DNA of 64,000 nt from an uncultured Planctomycetaceae bacterium. Its GTDB lineage: Bacteria; Planctomycetota; Planctomycetia; Planctomycetales; Planctomycetaceae. The stretch is from assembly GCA_963813715.1 (NCBI GenBank), contig CAWFAK010000016.1, positions 384,001-448,000 on the forward strand, in the 5' to 3' direction. The notes beneath the pieces are model-generated. The model was not told the DNA's origin. It worked only from the letters and a program-made list of their open reading frames with translations, and made no database searches. How positions within the stretch are numbered: the stretch's first letter is position 1; each line of letters begins with the position of its first letter. A program made the translations under genes and the position numbers. Positions 11,833 to 21,831 of this stretch are shown piece after piece.

Positions 11833-11872
11833 CCCCCTCACCCCTGGCCCCTCTCCCGCAAGGGGCGAGGGG
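11833..11872 (+). repeat. REP-like element, second copy of the 8205 family
   Basis: CCCCCTCACCCCTGGCCCCTCTCCCGCAAGGGGCGAGGGG. Like the 8205 copy, it has GACCCACCCC...CATGACGGGACGGGAC a short way upstream. Confidence 0.75.
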
Positions 11873-12167
11873 AAAAGCCTCGGGGGACGGGACGGGACAC
11901 GAGCCGGGGAACGTCGCGGCTTCACTCGCTCCAGGATTAGAAGGCAGTGCGCGGCTTGCGTTTTGCGCAGGTGCGCTGTCTGCTCGACTCTTGGGGCCGG
12001 CAAACTTGCCGAAATCAGGATTACCTCATCGCATCGAGAACAATTCGCTCTCGGCCGACGACACTTCGGCGAGTTCCGACTCAACCGGGACGATTATCGG
12101 GGCGGCATTCTCTCGGACCGCGGCAGCCGCGGACGTATAATTGGGAAGGGCCCCGAAGGAATCGAAC

Positions 12168-12941
12168 ATGAAACGACCATTTTTCAAATTCGCCTTGGCG
12201 ACCCTGACATTCTGTTGGCTGGCGGGAATCGCAAATTCGACAGCAAGGGCACAAAGCGAAGGCCAGTTTGGCACATTGGTGCCCAATCCCCCAGGCGCAA
12301 CGCCTCCCTGGGCGGGGCAGGCAGGAGGCGTCGCAACCTTCGGAACTCCTGCTCCCTTGCCAAACGGGAGGTTTAGCTCCGCGTCAAACGGCAGGTTTGG
12401 AACGCCTGTCATCCCATTGGAAGATACGCAGGTCCAGGTCCAAAATGGAGTCCTGAGGGCACTGCTGGGAGAACCGCAACCTGGCGGCGTCTATGAGGCC
12501 TATGGAACTCCGAGTGCTTACGGACCCGACAACCGAAATCCCTACAACGGCAATCCCGACAACAGCAATCCCTACAGCGGCAATCCCGACAGCGGCAATC
12601 CCTACAGCGGCAATCCCTAGGGGCTCCCGGCGGCAATCCCGACAGCGGCAATCTCTACAGCGGCAATCTCTCCGGCAGCGGCAATCTCTTACGGCGGCAA
12701 TCGTCCTGCAACCGGCTATTACGGCGCAGGATTGGAGTCGAGCTCTGACAACTCCGGCGGCGGCTATCTGAGCAACGACGGCGGCTTCCGTGGTTATAGC
12801 CCTTACTACGGCAATAACGGCGGCTATGGACTGAACTACGGGGCCGTCGATTTGGGCTCCTCCGGCAACCACTCTGCGCCGGCTTACGACGGAGGCGGCT
12901 ACTACAGTAGCGGCATCTCCGGGAACGGCTACTCTCCGTAG
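12168..12941 (+). CDS. Secreted G/N/Y/S/P-rich low-complexity protein with GNP(Y/D)S pentapeptide repeats; broken by a stop and frameshifts at 12618-12720
   Basis: Signal peptide MKRPFFKFALATLTFCWLAGIANSTARA, NPYNGNPDNSNPYSGNPDSGNPYSGNP. Downstream frame GGGYLSNDGGFRGYSPYYGNNGGYG ends at 12941. Confidence 0.65.
12538..12690 (+). repeat. 15-nt coding tandem repeat (ATCCC(T/G)ACAGCGGCA)
   Basis: Five consecutive clear units from 12538, then degenerate units after 12630. Confidence 0.85.
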
Positions 12942-13098
12942 TCCAATAGCGCTGCAATCCGCGCATGCCGGGGAGATCTCGGCGCCGCGAGATCCGAGCG
13001 AGCCTTGGCCGTACCCTGCTTCTGGGACGGGACACATCGGGAGCGGCGCGCGAGGATCACTCGAGTGTCGCCCGGCATCGCCACGTGACTCCCGACGC

Positions 13099-13836
13099 TT
13101 ACTCCATCTTCGTCCGATTCTCCAGGAGCCGCTCGAACTCTTCAGGGTCGACCTTCCACAGGGTGTTTGGGTTTTCGCGGGTGAGCTTCAGATGGGAGAC
13201 TTCGACCTCGCCCCAAGGTTCCCCGGCGTACGACAGCTTGATCAGCACGCCGCCCTTGAGGGTCGCGCGCAGCGGGTTGTTGGGATTCGGATTGATCTGT
13301 TTTCCGTAAATGGTCAGTCGCTTGAACGCGACCCACACGTTATCGGGGGTGTCGGCCTTCTGGCCCCTTCTGGTGGTCTGCTTCGTCCAAAGCGTGGGCT
13401 GGCCGGCGATCGAGATGCGGAAGTCGAACGGTTTATGGCGGGTCTTGAACGTGCGTTCGATCTCGTCGGGGGCGACCTTCCAGCTTTCGCCATCGTTGGC
13501 TCGAATGAGCTTTAATTCCGACACGTCGGCCCGCCCCGCTGACGCGACCTCGAGCACAATCTTGCCCGTCAGTGTCGCCCGCGACGGGTCCTGGGGATCG
13601 TGCTCGACATTAAACTCGCCGATGGGCTGCAGTCTTGCGTTTTTGAGATATCCCCAGATCAGATCGGGGTCAGCCGCTCCGTTGTCGCCCATCCCGCCCC
13701 TTAAGACCGCGCGATCGTTGACCGAGATGGTGATCGGCACATAGCGAGCGGCCAGGCAGCGGCCGCCCGAAGCCAGGGCGAGGCCGAGTGCCAGGATCAT
13801 TGCCGACCATCGAACCGAATTGTGACGTGCGGGCAT
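13099..13836 (-). CDS. Secreted hypothetical protein with two tandem copies of a ~100-aa domain
   Basis: Signal peptide. PDLIW...DPSRATLTG...VSELKLIR...WKVAPDEIER versus PDNVW...NPLRATLKG...VSHLKLTR...WKVDPEEFER. Confidence 0.8.
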   Translation of the reverse strand: MPARHNSVRWSAMILALGLALASGGRCLAARYVPITISVNDRAVLRGGMGDNGAADPDLIWGYLKNARLQPIGEFNVEHDPQDPSRATLTGKIVLEVASAGRADVSELKLIRANDGESWKVAPDEIERTFKTRHKPFDFRISIAGQPTLWTKQTTRRGQKADTPDNVWVAFKRLTIYGKQINPNPNNPLRATLKGGVLIKLSYAGEPWGEVEVSHLKLTRENPNTLWKVDPEEFERLLENRTKME

Positions 13837-14302
13837 GGTTTCCCTTCCCCAAAAGAGACGTAGCGACTGCGCGGCACTCGTTTGAAGAGAACAATTGGCA
13901 GGCTGCGTTGGTTGGCCGGTGCGCTAGTGAACGCGTGGTCCCGACTCCGACGCGGACGGGGAACATATCGCGCGTCAGTCCGTGCTCCAAGATCGCTTGA
14001 GCGGTTTGCCAGAGGACGTCGGTGTGGCGGTTCGGCTCCGGGAGTGCCTGCGCGGTGGCAAGTTTTGAAGTCGGAGGAGCGGACGGGGGCTTTTCGGCGT
14101 TCAGGGGGCCGGCTGGCGGAGTTCGCCTTCCTGGGCTCTCGCAGCATGTTCACGCCTCAAATCGTTGCCCCCTCAGACAAAAAACTCGCCTTTGCCGATC
14201 AATCCTGTGGAACGGAGCGGGGGATTAGGGCCGCCGACGAAGTGCAGCGAGCACAGTCGCGAGTGTCGATAAAGGCTCCTAAGAGCCAGGCGAGGGTCGA
14301 GG

Positions 14303-14674
14303 ATGAGCCGCCGCACTGTGATCCGACGGGCAACGTTCGTCGCGTTTCTCGTGGCGTGGCCGATCGCCGTCGAGTGGGCGAAGCGGCGGTTTCCGCATGA
14401 GGCGGGAGTTCACGGCGTTGCGGCCGTGGCCAGCCTGGTGGTCTATGTGGCCTGCGCGGCAGCGCTGCGATCGCGAGTGATCGCCGGCTTGCTGGGCGGC
14501 GTGCTCGTCTGGGCGATGACCAACGCCTTTACGACAATCACAGACCCTGAGGGCTTGGAGGAGTGGTGGGGACGGCTCTTCCTATGGAGCGTGATCGGCA
14601 TCGTCGCGGGCTACGTGTGGGACACCTTCCGCAAAGTCGAGCCGCCAGATTCGGATGAACGTCACTTCGCCTGA
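14303..14674 (+). CDS. Small hypothetical membrane protein (about 4 TM)
   Basis: Four hydrophobic segments. Converges on and overlaps the SUI1 stop. Confidence 0.6.
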   Translation: MSRRTVIRRATFVAFLVAWPIAVEWAKRRFPHEAGVHGVAAVASLVVYVACAAALRSRVIAGLLGGVLVWAMTNAFTTITDPEGLEEWWGRLFLWSVIGIVAGYVWDTFRKVEPPDSDERHFA

Positions 14675-15021
14675 ACGCGATAGCCCCGTTTCAAGAGTGC
14701 GTCTCGCACGCGGTCGGCGTGCTCTCCTTGAATCTCGAGCACACCATCTTTGAAGGTGCCGCCCGCGCCGCAGACCGACTTGAGATGGCTCAACAATTCC
14801 GAGACTTCAGCCTCACGCCCCGTTAGCCCGCGCAGCGCCGTCACGACCTTTCCCTTCTTGCGCTTCTCGATCGCAATCTTCACGGGCGCAAGCTTCACGT
14901 GCTGCGGGGGCGGCGTGCGCTCCGGCTCCGGAGGTGGGCACGCGCAATCCTCGACCGACTTCCCGCAGCGTTCGCAGGTCGGTGGCCGGTCGAACGGCGT
15001 CCCGGCAAATAGCCTTATCAT
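14662..15021 (-). CDS. yciH: Translation initiation factor SUI1 (YciH-like) with N-terminal Cys cluster
   Basis: EKRKKGKVVTALRGL...LKSVCGAGGTFKDGVLEIQGEH; CERC...CAC. Confidence 0.92.
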   Translation of the reverse strand: MIRLFAGTPFDRPPTCERCGKSVEDCACPPPEPERTPPPQHVKLAPVKIAIEKRKKGKVVTALRGLTGREAEVSELLSHLKSVCGAGGTFKDGVLEIQGEHADRVRDALLKRGYRVQAK

Positions 15022-15114
15022 CTTCGCTTCACGACACGCTGAATCGATAATCGCGACTCGAAATCGAATCGTCGCCGATTATCCCCATTCCGCGAACCCG
15101 GTCTACACACCGCC

Positions 15115-17451
15115 TTACCAAACGGAGTTCGAGAGCGCGGACGTATTGTTGCCGGGGTCCGTCGCCGTCGCCGTAATGAAGCTCGCGCCGACCGGGGGGA
15201 CTAAGCGGTTGGAGGTGATCGTGGCAGTGCCGGCGGCGTTTGTCGTCACCTTCATTTTCCCGAGATAGACGCGACTCGACGGCTCGATCGTGCTGCTGGC
15301 GAAGAATTCGATCGTAAACGAGGTTTTTGGCGTGCTGTAAAGTGTGCCGAGGACTTGGACGCCCGGACCAGTGGTTTGAAGAGAAGTCAGCACCGGGGTC
15401 GCCTGATTCAGATTCGCGCCGGAGCCCAGATCGATGCCGAGACCGCCGTTGCCGAAGATCGAGTTTTCGTGAATACCGTTGCCCGTTCCCGATTCAACGA
15501 ACACGCCGTCGAGGTCGTTGTAAGCGATGCGGTTCCCGGCCGCTGCGGCGGTCCCTCCGATGGTGTTGTGGGAGCTGTTGTTCAGCAGGATGCCGTTAGC
15601 CGCGTTGCCCAGCGGAACAGTTCCGGTGCGATCGGTGCCGATCCAGGTGCCAATGACTGTGTTGTTGTTGGAACCTTGCATGTTGATGCCGGAGGTTCCA
15701 TTGGCACTGACAACAGTTGTCAGGCTGGAGCTTGTCGATCCGATCGTGTTCTTGCTCGTACCCGGGCCGAGATAGATTCCCGCCTCAGCATTTCCGAAGG
15801 CCACGAGGCCCGGCACATTGGTACCGATGAACCCGTTGTTGACCGTGATGTTGTGCGCGGCGCCGGTAATGGCGACCCCGTTGCCCCCATTCGCCGAAAT
15901 CGTGTTTTGCGGAATCACGTTGAAGGTCGGCTGGGGCCCGCCGATCACGATGTTGTGCGCGGTGCCGTCAACTTCGACGCCGTTGCCGACGTTGCCCATC
16001 GCAGCCTGGCCATTGGTATCAAGCCCGATGATGTTTCCGGTGACGTGGATCCCTTGGGCCGCGCCGCCGATCTCGATGCCGTTCTGGCCATTCTCGGTAA
16101 TCACGTTGGTGCGAATGAGAATGTCGCCGCCGGTCGAAGTCAGCAACATCCCGTCCGCGCCGTTGCCGAAGTCTGGGTCGGTGCTGAAGGCCGCCAGGCC
16201 GCAGAACGTGTTGTAAGAGGTGAAGTAGCTGGCGTGATCCTGCACAACGATTCCGTTCTGCCCGTTGGCCGCGTCGACGTTCCCGAGCGGAATGGGGCCG
16301 CCCATGGTCGTGTGGGACGAGGTCCCTTCGATGACTACGCCATTCAGCGCGTTGCCGACGGCGGTGTCATTGTTGGCCCCCATGCCGAAGAAGTTGGCTT
16401 GAATCGTGGTGTTGTTCGAGTTGATGACGCTCAGTCCGTTGCCGCCGTTGCCGCTGATGACGTTGTAGAACACGAACGGATCGGTCTGAATCGTGCAGCC
16501 GAGCAGCGAGTTGTTGCTGGCCTCTTGGATGGAGACGCCATCGCCCCCGTTGCCGAGAGCCACGTTGCCAGAGACGTCTGTCCCGATAAAGTTGCCGCTG
16601 AGCTGGTTCTCCGAAGCGCGATTGTTGATCAGGACGCCATCGTCGCCGTTGCCCGAGATGAGGTTGCCCTCGGGCGGCACATCGAAGACGCCTTGGGTCG
16701 GGTCATTGCCGCCGGTCTCCTCGCCACCGACCAGGTTTTGCTTGCTGTTCCCCGTGATCAAGACGCCGTTGAAGCCATTGCCAAGGGCCGCCGTCCCGGT
16801 CGCGTTAGTCCCAATGTAGTTATTCATGATGATGTTGCTCGACGACCCGTTGACCAGGATGCCCTGTTGAAGGTTGGCCGAAACGATGTTGCGGTCCTGG
16901 GCCGAGGTGCCGCCGATGGTATTGCCCGATGAGTTGATCAACTCAATTCCACTCCCTTGGTTGGCGGCAGCCGTCGCGCCGTCGGTCCCGACTCCGACAA
17001 AGTTGCCGACGATCAACATTTGATGGACGGCGTTGAGGGTCACACCATTGCCCGAGGCATCGACGAGTGCCAGCGATTGGAGCTCCGAGCCGCTCGCTTT
17101 CGCCGTAAAGTTCAGGCCGGCCAAGTTGTTGAAGTTGACTTCGACCACGGGCGCACCGGCAAAGCCGGGGGCCGATGTGCCGTCGATATTCACGGTATCG
17201 GTCACATTGGGGAGGGCGCTATTGAGCACGATTGTGCCGGCCACGGTGAAGTTGATGGTGTCGGCTCCATGTTGGGCGTTCGCATTCAAAATTGCCTGGC
17301 GCAGGGAGCCGCTGCCAGAATCGTTGAGATTCGAGACCGTAATCGCGCTCAACAAGATTCGATCTTCGAGCGTCTCCAACGCAGACGAGGGCCGAGCGAC
17401 GTTCCTGAACGTCTTCCGAACCCGAGGACGGCCTGCGCGCATGGGGAACAT
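15115..17451 (-). CDS. Extracellular right-handed parallel beta-helix repeat protein with planctomycete LEPR-XLL-like leader (~778 aa)
   Basis: Basic N-terminus then LETLEDRILLS; VSNLNDSGSGSLRQAI; many N(F/Y)IGT(D/N)..G..ALGN..GV repeats; C-terminal ATATDPGNNTS. Confidence 0.88.
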   Translation of the reverse strand: MFPMRAGRPRVRKTFRNVARPSSALETLEDRILLSAITVSNLNDSGSGSLRQAILNANAQHGADTINFTVAGTIVLNSALPNVTDTVNIDGTSAPGFAGAPVVEVNFNNLAGLNFTAKASGSELQSLALVDASGNGVTLNAVHQMLIVGNFVGVGTDGATAAANQGSGIELINSSGNTIGGTSAQDRNIVSANLQQGILVNGSSSNIIMNNYIGTNATGTAALGNGFNGVLITGNSKQNLVGGEETGGNDPTQGVFDVPPEGNLISGNGDDGVLINNRASENQLSGNFIGTDVSGNVALGNGGDGVSIQEASNNSLLGCTIQTDPFVFYNVISGNGGNGLSVINSNNTTIQANFFGMGANNDTAVGNALNGVVIEGTSSHTTMGGPIPLGNVDAANGQNGIVVQDHASYFTSYNTFCGLAAFSTDPDFGNGADGMLLTSTGGDILIRTNVITENGQNGIEIGGAAQGIHVTGNIIGLDTNGQAAMGNVGNGVEVDGTAHNIVIGGPQPTFNVIPQNTISANGGNGVAITGAAHNITVNNGFIGTNVPGLVAFGNAEAGIYLGPGTSKNTIGSTSSSLTTVVSANGTSGINMQGSNNNTVIGTWIGTDRTGTVPLGNAANGILLNNSSHNTIGGTAAAAGNRIAYNDLDGVFVESGTGNGIHENSIFGNGGLGIDLGSGANLNQATPVLTSLQTTGPGVQVLGTLYSTPKTSFTIEFFASSTIEPSSRVYLGKMKVTTNAAGTATITSNRLVPPVGASFITATATDPGNNTSALSNSVW

Positions 17452-17768
17452 AAGGTGACTTTCCGGGAGGAGTCCGTTGTTAGCTGCGTAGTGAAGCGAA
17501 CGAAGGTGCCGTTCAGCAAAGCTGCGCCGCCGCGATTTCGCCAAGCGCGAACTTGCCTCGAGAACACAGGTCAGTTGTCGGCGGAATTGGGCAAGAAAAC
17601 TCGCAAGTGCTGCGGCCGCACCAACTGCAGATGGTATTTGTCGCGGGAGATGAGGCTCATGCCGACGGAAAGGATGAGAGGACGACGTCAGCCCGTCATT
17701 AAGCAGCAGCGCTGATTCGAGACCTGTGCGCCAAGGTGTCGCTCGCCAATCCTGCCTAGGACAACTGG

Positions 17769-18749
17769 TCAGTCGGACAGCAAGAATTTCACCAGCCGGG
17801 CTGATTCGTAGAGCTCCGGCCCGTCGTGGCCGCGCTTCGCAGCCGGCAGGTGTAGCAACACGATCTCCGCGGCCCCTCCAAAGTCGCGGTAGCGACGGGC
17901 CAATTCGAGGGAGTTGGCACTCGTCGGCACCAATTTGTCCTCGTCCCCGTGGAGGTGGAGGATCTTCACAGCGGCCTTGGCGAGCGGAGCGAGGTTGTCG
18001 ATGGGATTGAATTCGCCCGCCCGGCGATTGAGTTCTTCGAGCGTGAGACCGTAGTCGAGGCCTTTCGTTGGGCCGGCGATGACGTTTCCGAGGCCGGGGT
18101 AGGTGCGGAAGTCGGTGGCCGGGCACATGCCGGCGATCCGGTCGACGCACGTCGGATGACGAAAGGCCCAGCCGTAGGCGATCAGGCCGCCGTGGCTGTG
18201 GCACAGCACGCGCGCTCGCTTGTTGAGGCCGTAGCGCGAGATCATGAGTTCGTAGAATTCCTGGCAAAGATCGGCCGCTGACGGGCTGCCGCACGAGGCG
18301 CCGACGTCGACGCCGGCCACATGGAATCCGGCGGCAAGCGATTTCTCGACATAGTGCCGATGGGCCACGTTGCCGAATCCGTCGTTGATGCCGAGCCAGA
18401 AGGGAAACTCAAAGACCCAACGCTTCTGAGCGTCGACGGGGCCCGTCGGCTTGATGAGATAGGCGATCCGGCCATGCACCTGCAGGGGGAGCAGCCGGCC
18501 GTGGCGATACGTGCCGGCGATCTTCGTCGGAATTTTTTGGATGGTGCGCGGGCCGGCGGACTTTGCGACAGGCGAATCGGGTTGCGGTTGATCCGCAGCC
18601 GCTCGAGCTGCCAAGTAGCAGCGCGCGTGCAGACGAAGCAGCCGAGGGAGCGCGCCGGCACGCTCGCGGTTGTCCGCGCTGATCTTCGCGTCGTCGATTT
18701 CCGCCGATGTGCAGCAACCACGGCTCCAGCATATCTGCGATGACCTCAA
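17769..18749 (-). CDS. Alpha/beta hydrolase (prolyl-oligopeptidase-like); start uncertain
   Basis: Nucleophile elbow CHSHGG, HLHGDEDKLVP, GHDG. Confidence 0.75.
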   Translation of the reverse strand: MRSSQICWSRGCCTSAEIDDAKISADNRERAGALPRLLRLHARCYLAARAAADQPQPDSPVAKSAGPRTIQKIPTKIAGTYRHGRLLPLQVHGRIAYLIKPTGPVDAQKRWVFEFPFWLGINDGFGNVAHRHYVEKSLAAGFHVAGVDVGASCGSPSAADLCQEFYELMISRYGLNKRARVLCHSHGGLIAYGWAFRHPTCVDRIAGMCPATDFRTYPGLGNVIAGPTKGLDYGLTLEELNRRAGEFNPIDNLAPLAKAAVKILHLHGDEDKLVPTSANSLELARRYRDFGGAAEIVLLHLPAAKRGHDGPELYESARLVKFLLSD

Positions 18750-18868
18750 CGGAGGAGGAGCCCCCGGCCACCGGTCGAGGCGAGGTCTTTGGGCGCCTTT
18801 TGCAAAACCGCGGTTGCCCGCTCGATCACTTGCGACACAATTGTCCCGTGCCTGGGGCTGGAGTTCTC

Positions 18869-20144
18869 TTACAAGGTCCCCAGCGCGGCTTGAATCGCCT
18901 GCAGGACCTGTTCGTCGGTCGGGTAGGGCGTCGGCAGGACGGCGCGGAGCGGGATGGGAATTTCGTCCATGCGATACGCGGTGCCGGCGTGGTGGATGCC
19001 GTAGATGGCGGTGGTGAACTGCACCGTCGGGCGGAAGTCGGGCTCGGCCTGGGGTGGGTCGAGCACGATTGTGGGAATGTGGCGTAGGGCGTCCTTGGCG
19101 GTGGGGCTCATCCAGCGGGTGCCCTGGCTGCCGACGAAGAGGCAGACGTCGGGTTCGCCCTGTTCGAGCATGTCGTTGGCCGAGAATTCGCCGGGGCCGT
19201 AGCGCGGGTAACCGCGCGACAGGTTCACGCTGAAGGGGTAACCGGTTTGCCAGGCGAGCACGCTGTCGGCGCCGGCCACGTCGCCGGAGCCCCGCAGCCG
19301 CCGCGCGTAAAAGCGGGTGACGTCATTGAGATCGGTGACGAGTTGCAGCAAGGCCTGGATGACGAGATTGGCCCCCGGCTGCCGGGCCAGGCCGAAGCCG
19401 AAAAAGACGACGCCGTTGTGACAGCCACGCATCCGCTGGCACAGATCCTCGACCGCGGCACGAGGCAGGCCGCCAAAGGTGTCTCCTTCGAGGGGTTGGC
19501 CGCGAAGGAGAGCGCGGAGGGCCCAAATCAATTCGAAGTCTTCGATGACGATCGACGCGGAGCACGAGGTCAGCCGACGGGCTGGTCGCGGTGTCGTCCG
19601 CGTTGACGACGATCAGTGTGCGGTCTCGCCGGCCTCCGGGCACGAACCGGCCGGCACATTCGGCCGAGTAACGTTCCAAGTGACGCGGGTGAGTGGTGAG
19701 CGGGTCGCAGCCCCAGAAGATCACGAGATCGCAGCGATTTTTGACTTCGCCCAGCGAACAGGTCGACTCCCCGACTTGCTGCACGGCGAGGATCGAGGGG
19801 CCGTGGCCTCCGGAAGCGGTGGTGTCGATCGTCGCGCCGAGCGTCTCGGCCAGTTTCACCGCGGCCCGCTGTCCGGCGGTGCTGCTCCGCGAGAGGCCGA
19901 AGATCAACGGATACCGCGCGGCCGCCAGCAACTTGGTCGCGTGGGCGACCGCCGCCACAAGCGGGACGGCGTTGCCGTCGACGCGGGCGATGGGCGGTTG
20001 CTGCGAGTTCTGGCCGAGCAGCCAGGGCTCGGCCATCGCGCAGGCCCGCTCCGCGCGGACGATGCGATCGCCATGCACTGTCAGTCGCAGATCATCGCAC
20101 AGGCAGCTGCAGAGCGTGCAGGCGAAGTCTTCGATGATCTGCAT
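18869..20144 (-). CDS. fhcB: Formylmethanofuran dehydrogenase subunit B / FhcB-like protein, frameshift near 19545
   Basis: CTLCSCLCDD, LGEVKNRCDLVIFWGCDP..HPRH, WQTGYPFSVN, GTAYRMD. Confidence 0.9.
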
Positions 20145-20167
20145 GGCCTCACGAAATCAGCGGCCAG

Positions 20168-20207
20168 CCCCCACACCCCCGACCCCTCTCCCGCGAAGGG
20201 AGAGGGG
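20168..20207 (+). repeat. REP-like element, third related copy, between ALDH and fhcB
   Basis: CCCCACACCCCCGACCCCTCTCCCGCGAAGGGAGAGGGG hairpin. Confidence 0.65.
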
Positions 20208-20243
20208 AGCAGGGCGGAGAGTTCGCTGCGATCAAACCGCAAT

Positions 20244-21724
20244 TTAGCCGAGCTTGACCGTGACGGTCTTCAGCTCGGTGTAGTGGTCGATGGCCGCTTC
20301 GCCGTTCTCGCGACCCTGGCCCGACTGTTTGAAACCGCCGAACGGCGTCGTGGTGTCGACGACGTGGTAGCAGTTCACCCAGACCGTGCCGGCTTTGACT
20401 TCGCGAGCGTAGAGATGGGCCTTGTCGATGTCCTTTGTCCAGACCGCGGCGGCCAGGCCGTAGTTGGTGTCGTTGCGCGCTTGATGATTTCGTCCACGCC
20501 TTTGAACGGCAGGACGCTGACGACCGGCCCGAAGATCTCTTCGCGGGCGATTGCCATGTCGTCGCGGACGTCGTCGAAGATCGTCGGTTCGACGTAGAAG
20601 CCGCGGCCGCCGGATCGCTTGCCGCCCGCGACCAGCTTGGCACCCTGCTTCTGCCCGAGATCGACGTAATGCAGGATCTTGTCCATCTGCTCCTGCGAGA
20701 CCTGTGGGCCCTGCTCGGTGGCGTTATCGAGCGGGTCGCCGATCTTGCGGCCCTTCGTGGCCTTGGACAGACGCTCCACGAATTCGCCGCGAATCTTGTC
20801 CTCGACAAAGAGACGGCTGCCGGCCGTGCAGCACTGGCCGCCGTGGAAGTAGATGGCGTGAAACGCGCCAGCCACAGCCTGATCGAGATCGGCGTCGGCG
20901 AAGACCACGTTCGGGCTCTTGCCGCCCAACTCGAAGGTGATTCGCTTGAGCGTGTCGGCCGCGGCCTTGGAGATGATCTTGGCCGTGTCGACGTGGCCGG
21001 TGAAGGCGATCTTATCGATGCCCGGGTGGACAACCATCGCCTGGCCGGTCGTTTCGCCCATCCCGTTGAGGACGTTGATCACGCCTTTGGGGAAGCCGGC
21101 TTCGAGGGCCAGTTCGGCCATCTTCATGCCGGTGAGCGGCGTCTGCTCGGCGAGCTTCATCACGATACAGTTGCCGCAAGCCAGAGCCGGACCCCACTTC
21201 CACGCCAGCATGAGGAGCGGGAAGTTCCAGGGAATGATTTGGCCGACGACGCCGACGGGCTGCCGGAGCGTGTACGACAGGAAGTTGCCGCGGACGGGAA
21301 CCGTGCGGCCTTCGATCTTGTCGGCCCAGCCGGCGTAATACCGCAGCGTGTTGAGGACGCCCTGCACGTCGCCCCGGGCGTCGTTCACCGTCTTGCCGCT
21401 GTTGAACGATTCGAGGATGGCCAGCTCTTCGGCGTTTTCCTCGACCAGGTCGGCAAGGCGGAACATCAGCTTGCCGCGGTCGGCCGCGTCCATCGTCTTC
21501 CAGGGGCTCGTTTCCAGCGCCCGCCGGGCCGCCTTCACCGCGAGATCGACGTCCTGGGCACTGGCTTCGGCGACGTGACAAATCGTTTCGCCCGTGGCCG
21601 GATTGATCGTGGCGAACGTCTTTTGATTGCTGCTATCGACGAAATGGCCGTCGATGAAAAGCGGCTGGTCTTTCACGATCGGCGCTTTGACGGCGCGGGG
21701 TTTTTCCATGGTCGGCGCGGACAT
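20244..21724 (-). CDS. NAD-dependent aldehyde dehydrogenase, frameshift near 20478
   Basis: [37 protein letters not shown]-terminal [13 protein letters not shown]...ELKTV in the shifted frame. Confidence 0.95.
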
Positions 21725-21831
21725 GGCAGTCTCCTGGCTTAAGGCCTCGATTGCAGGCAGGACAGTAACCGGTGCAAGCACGGTCTGACCAATTAAACCA
21801 AGCCGCCGTCGCGACAGCCACCCACCGCCGA

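Noticed and set aside
12618..12620. In-frame TAG as stop-codon readthrough or pyrrolysine
   Set aside because: The downstream repeat resumes in a different frame, so readthrough would not restore the protein. Indel error or slippage is simpler.
17452..18294. N-terminal extension of the 1059-aa beta-helix ORF
   Set aside because: Overlaps the hydrolase gene out of frame and is Arg/Pro-rich noise. The real start is at about 17451, before the LEPR-XLL-like motif.
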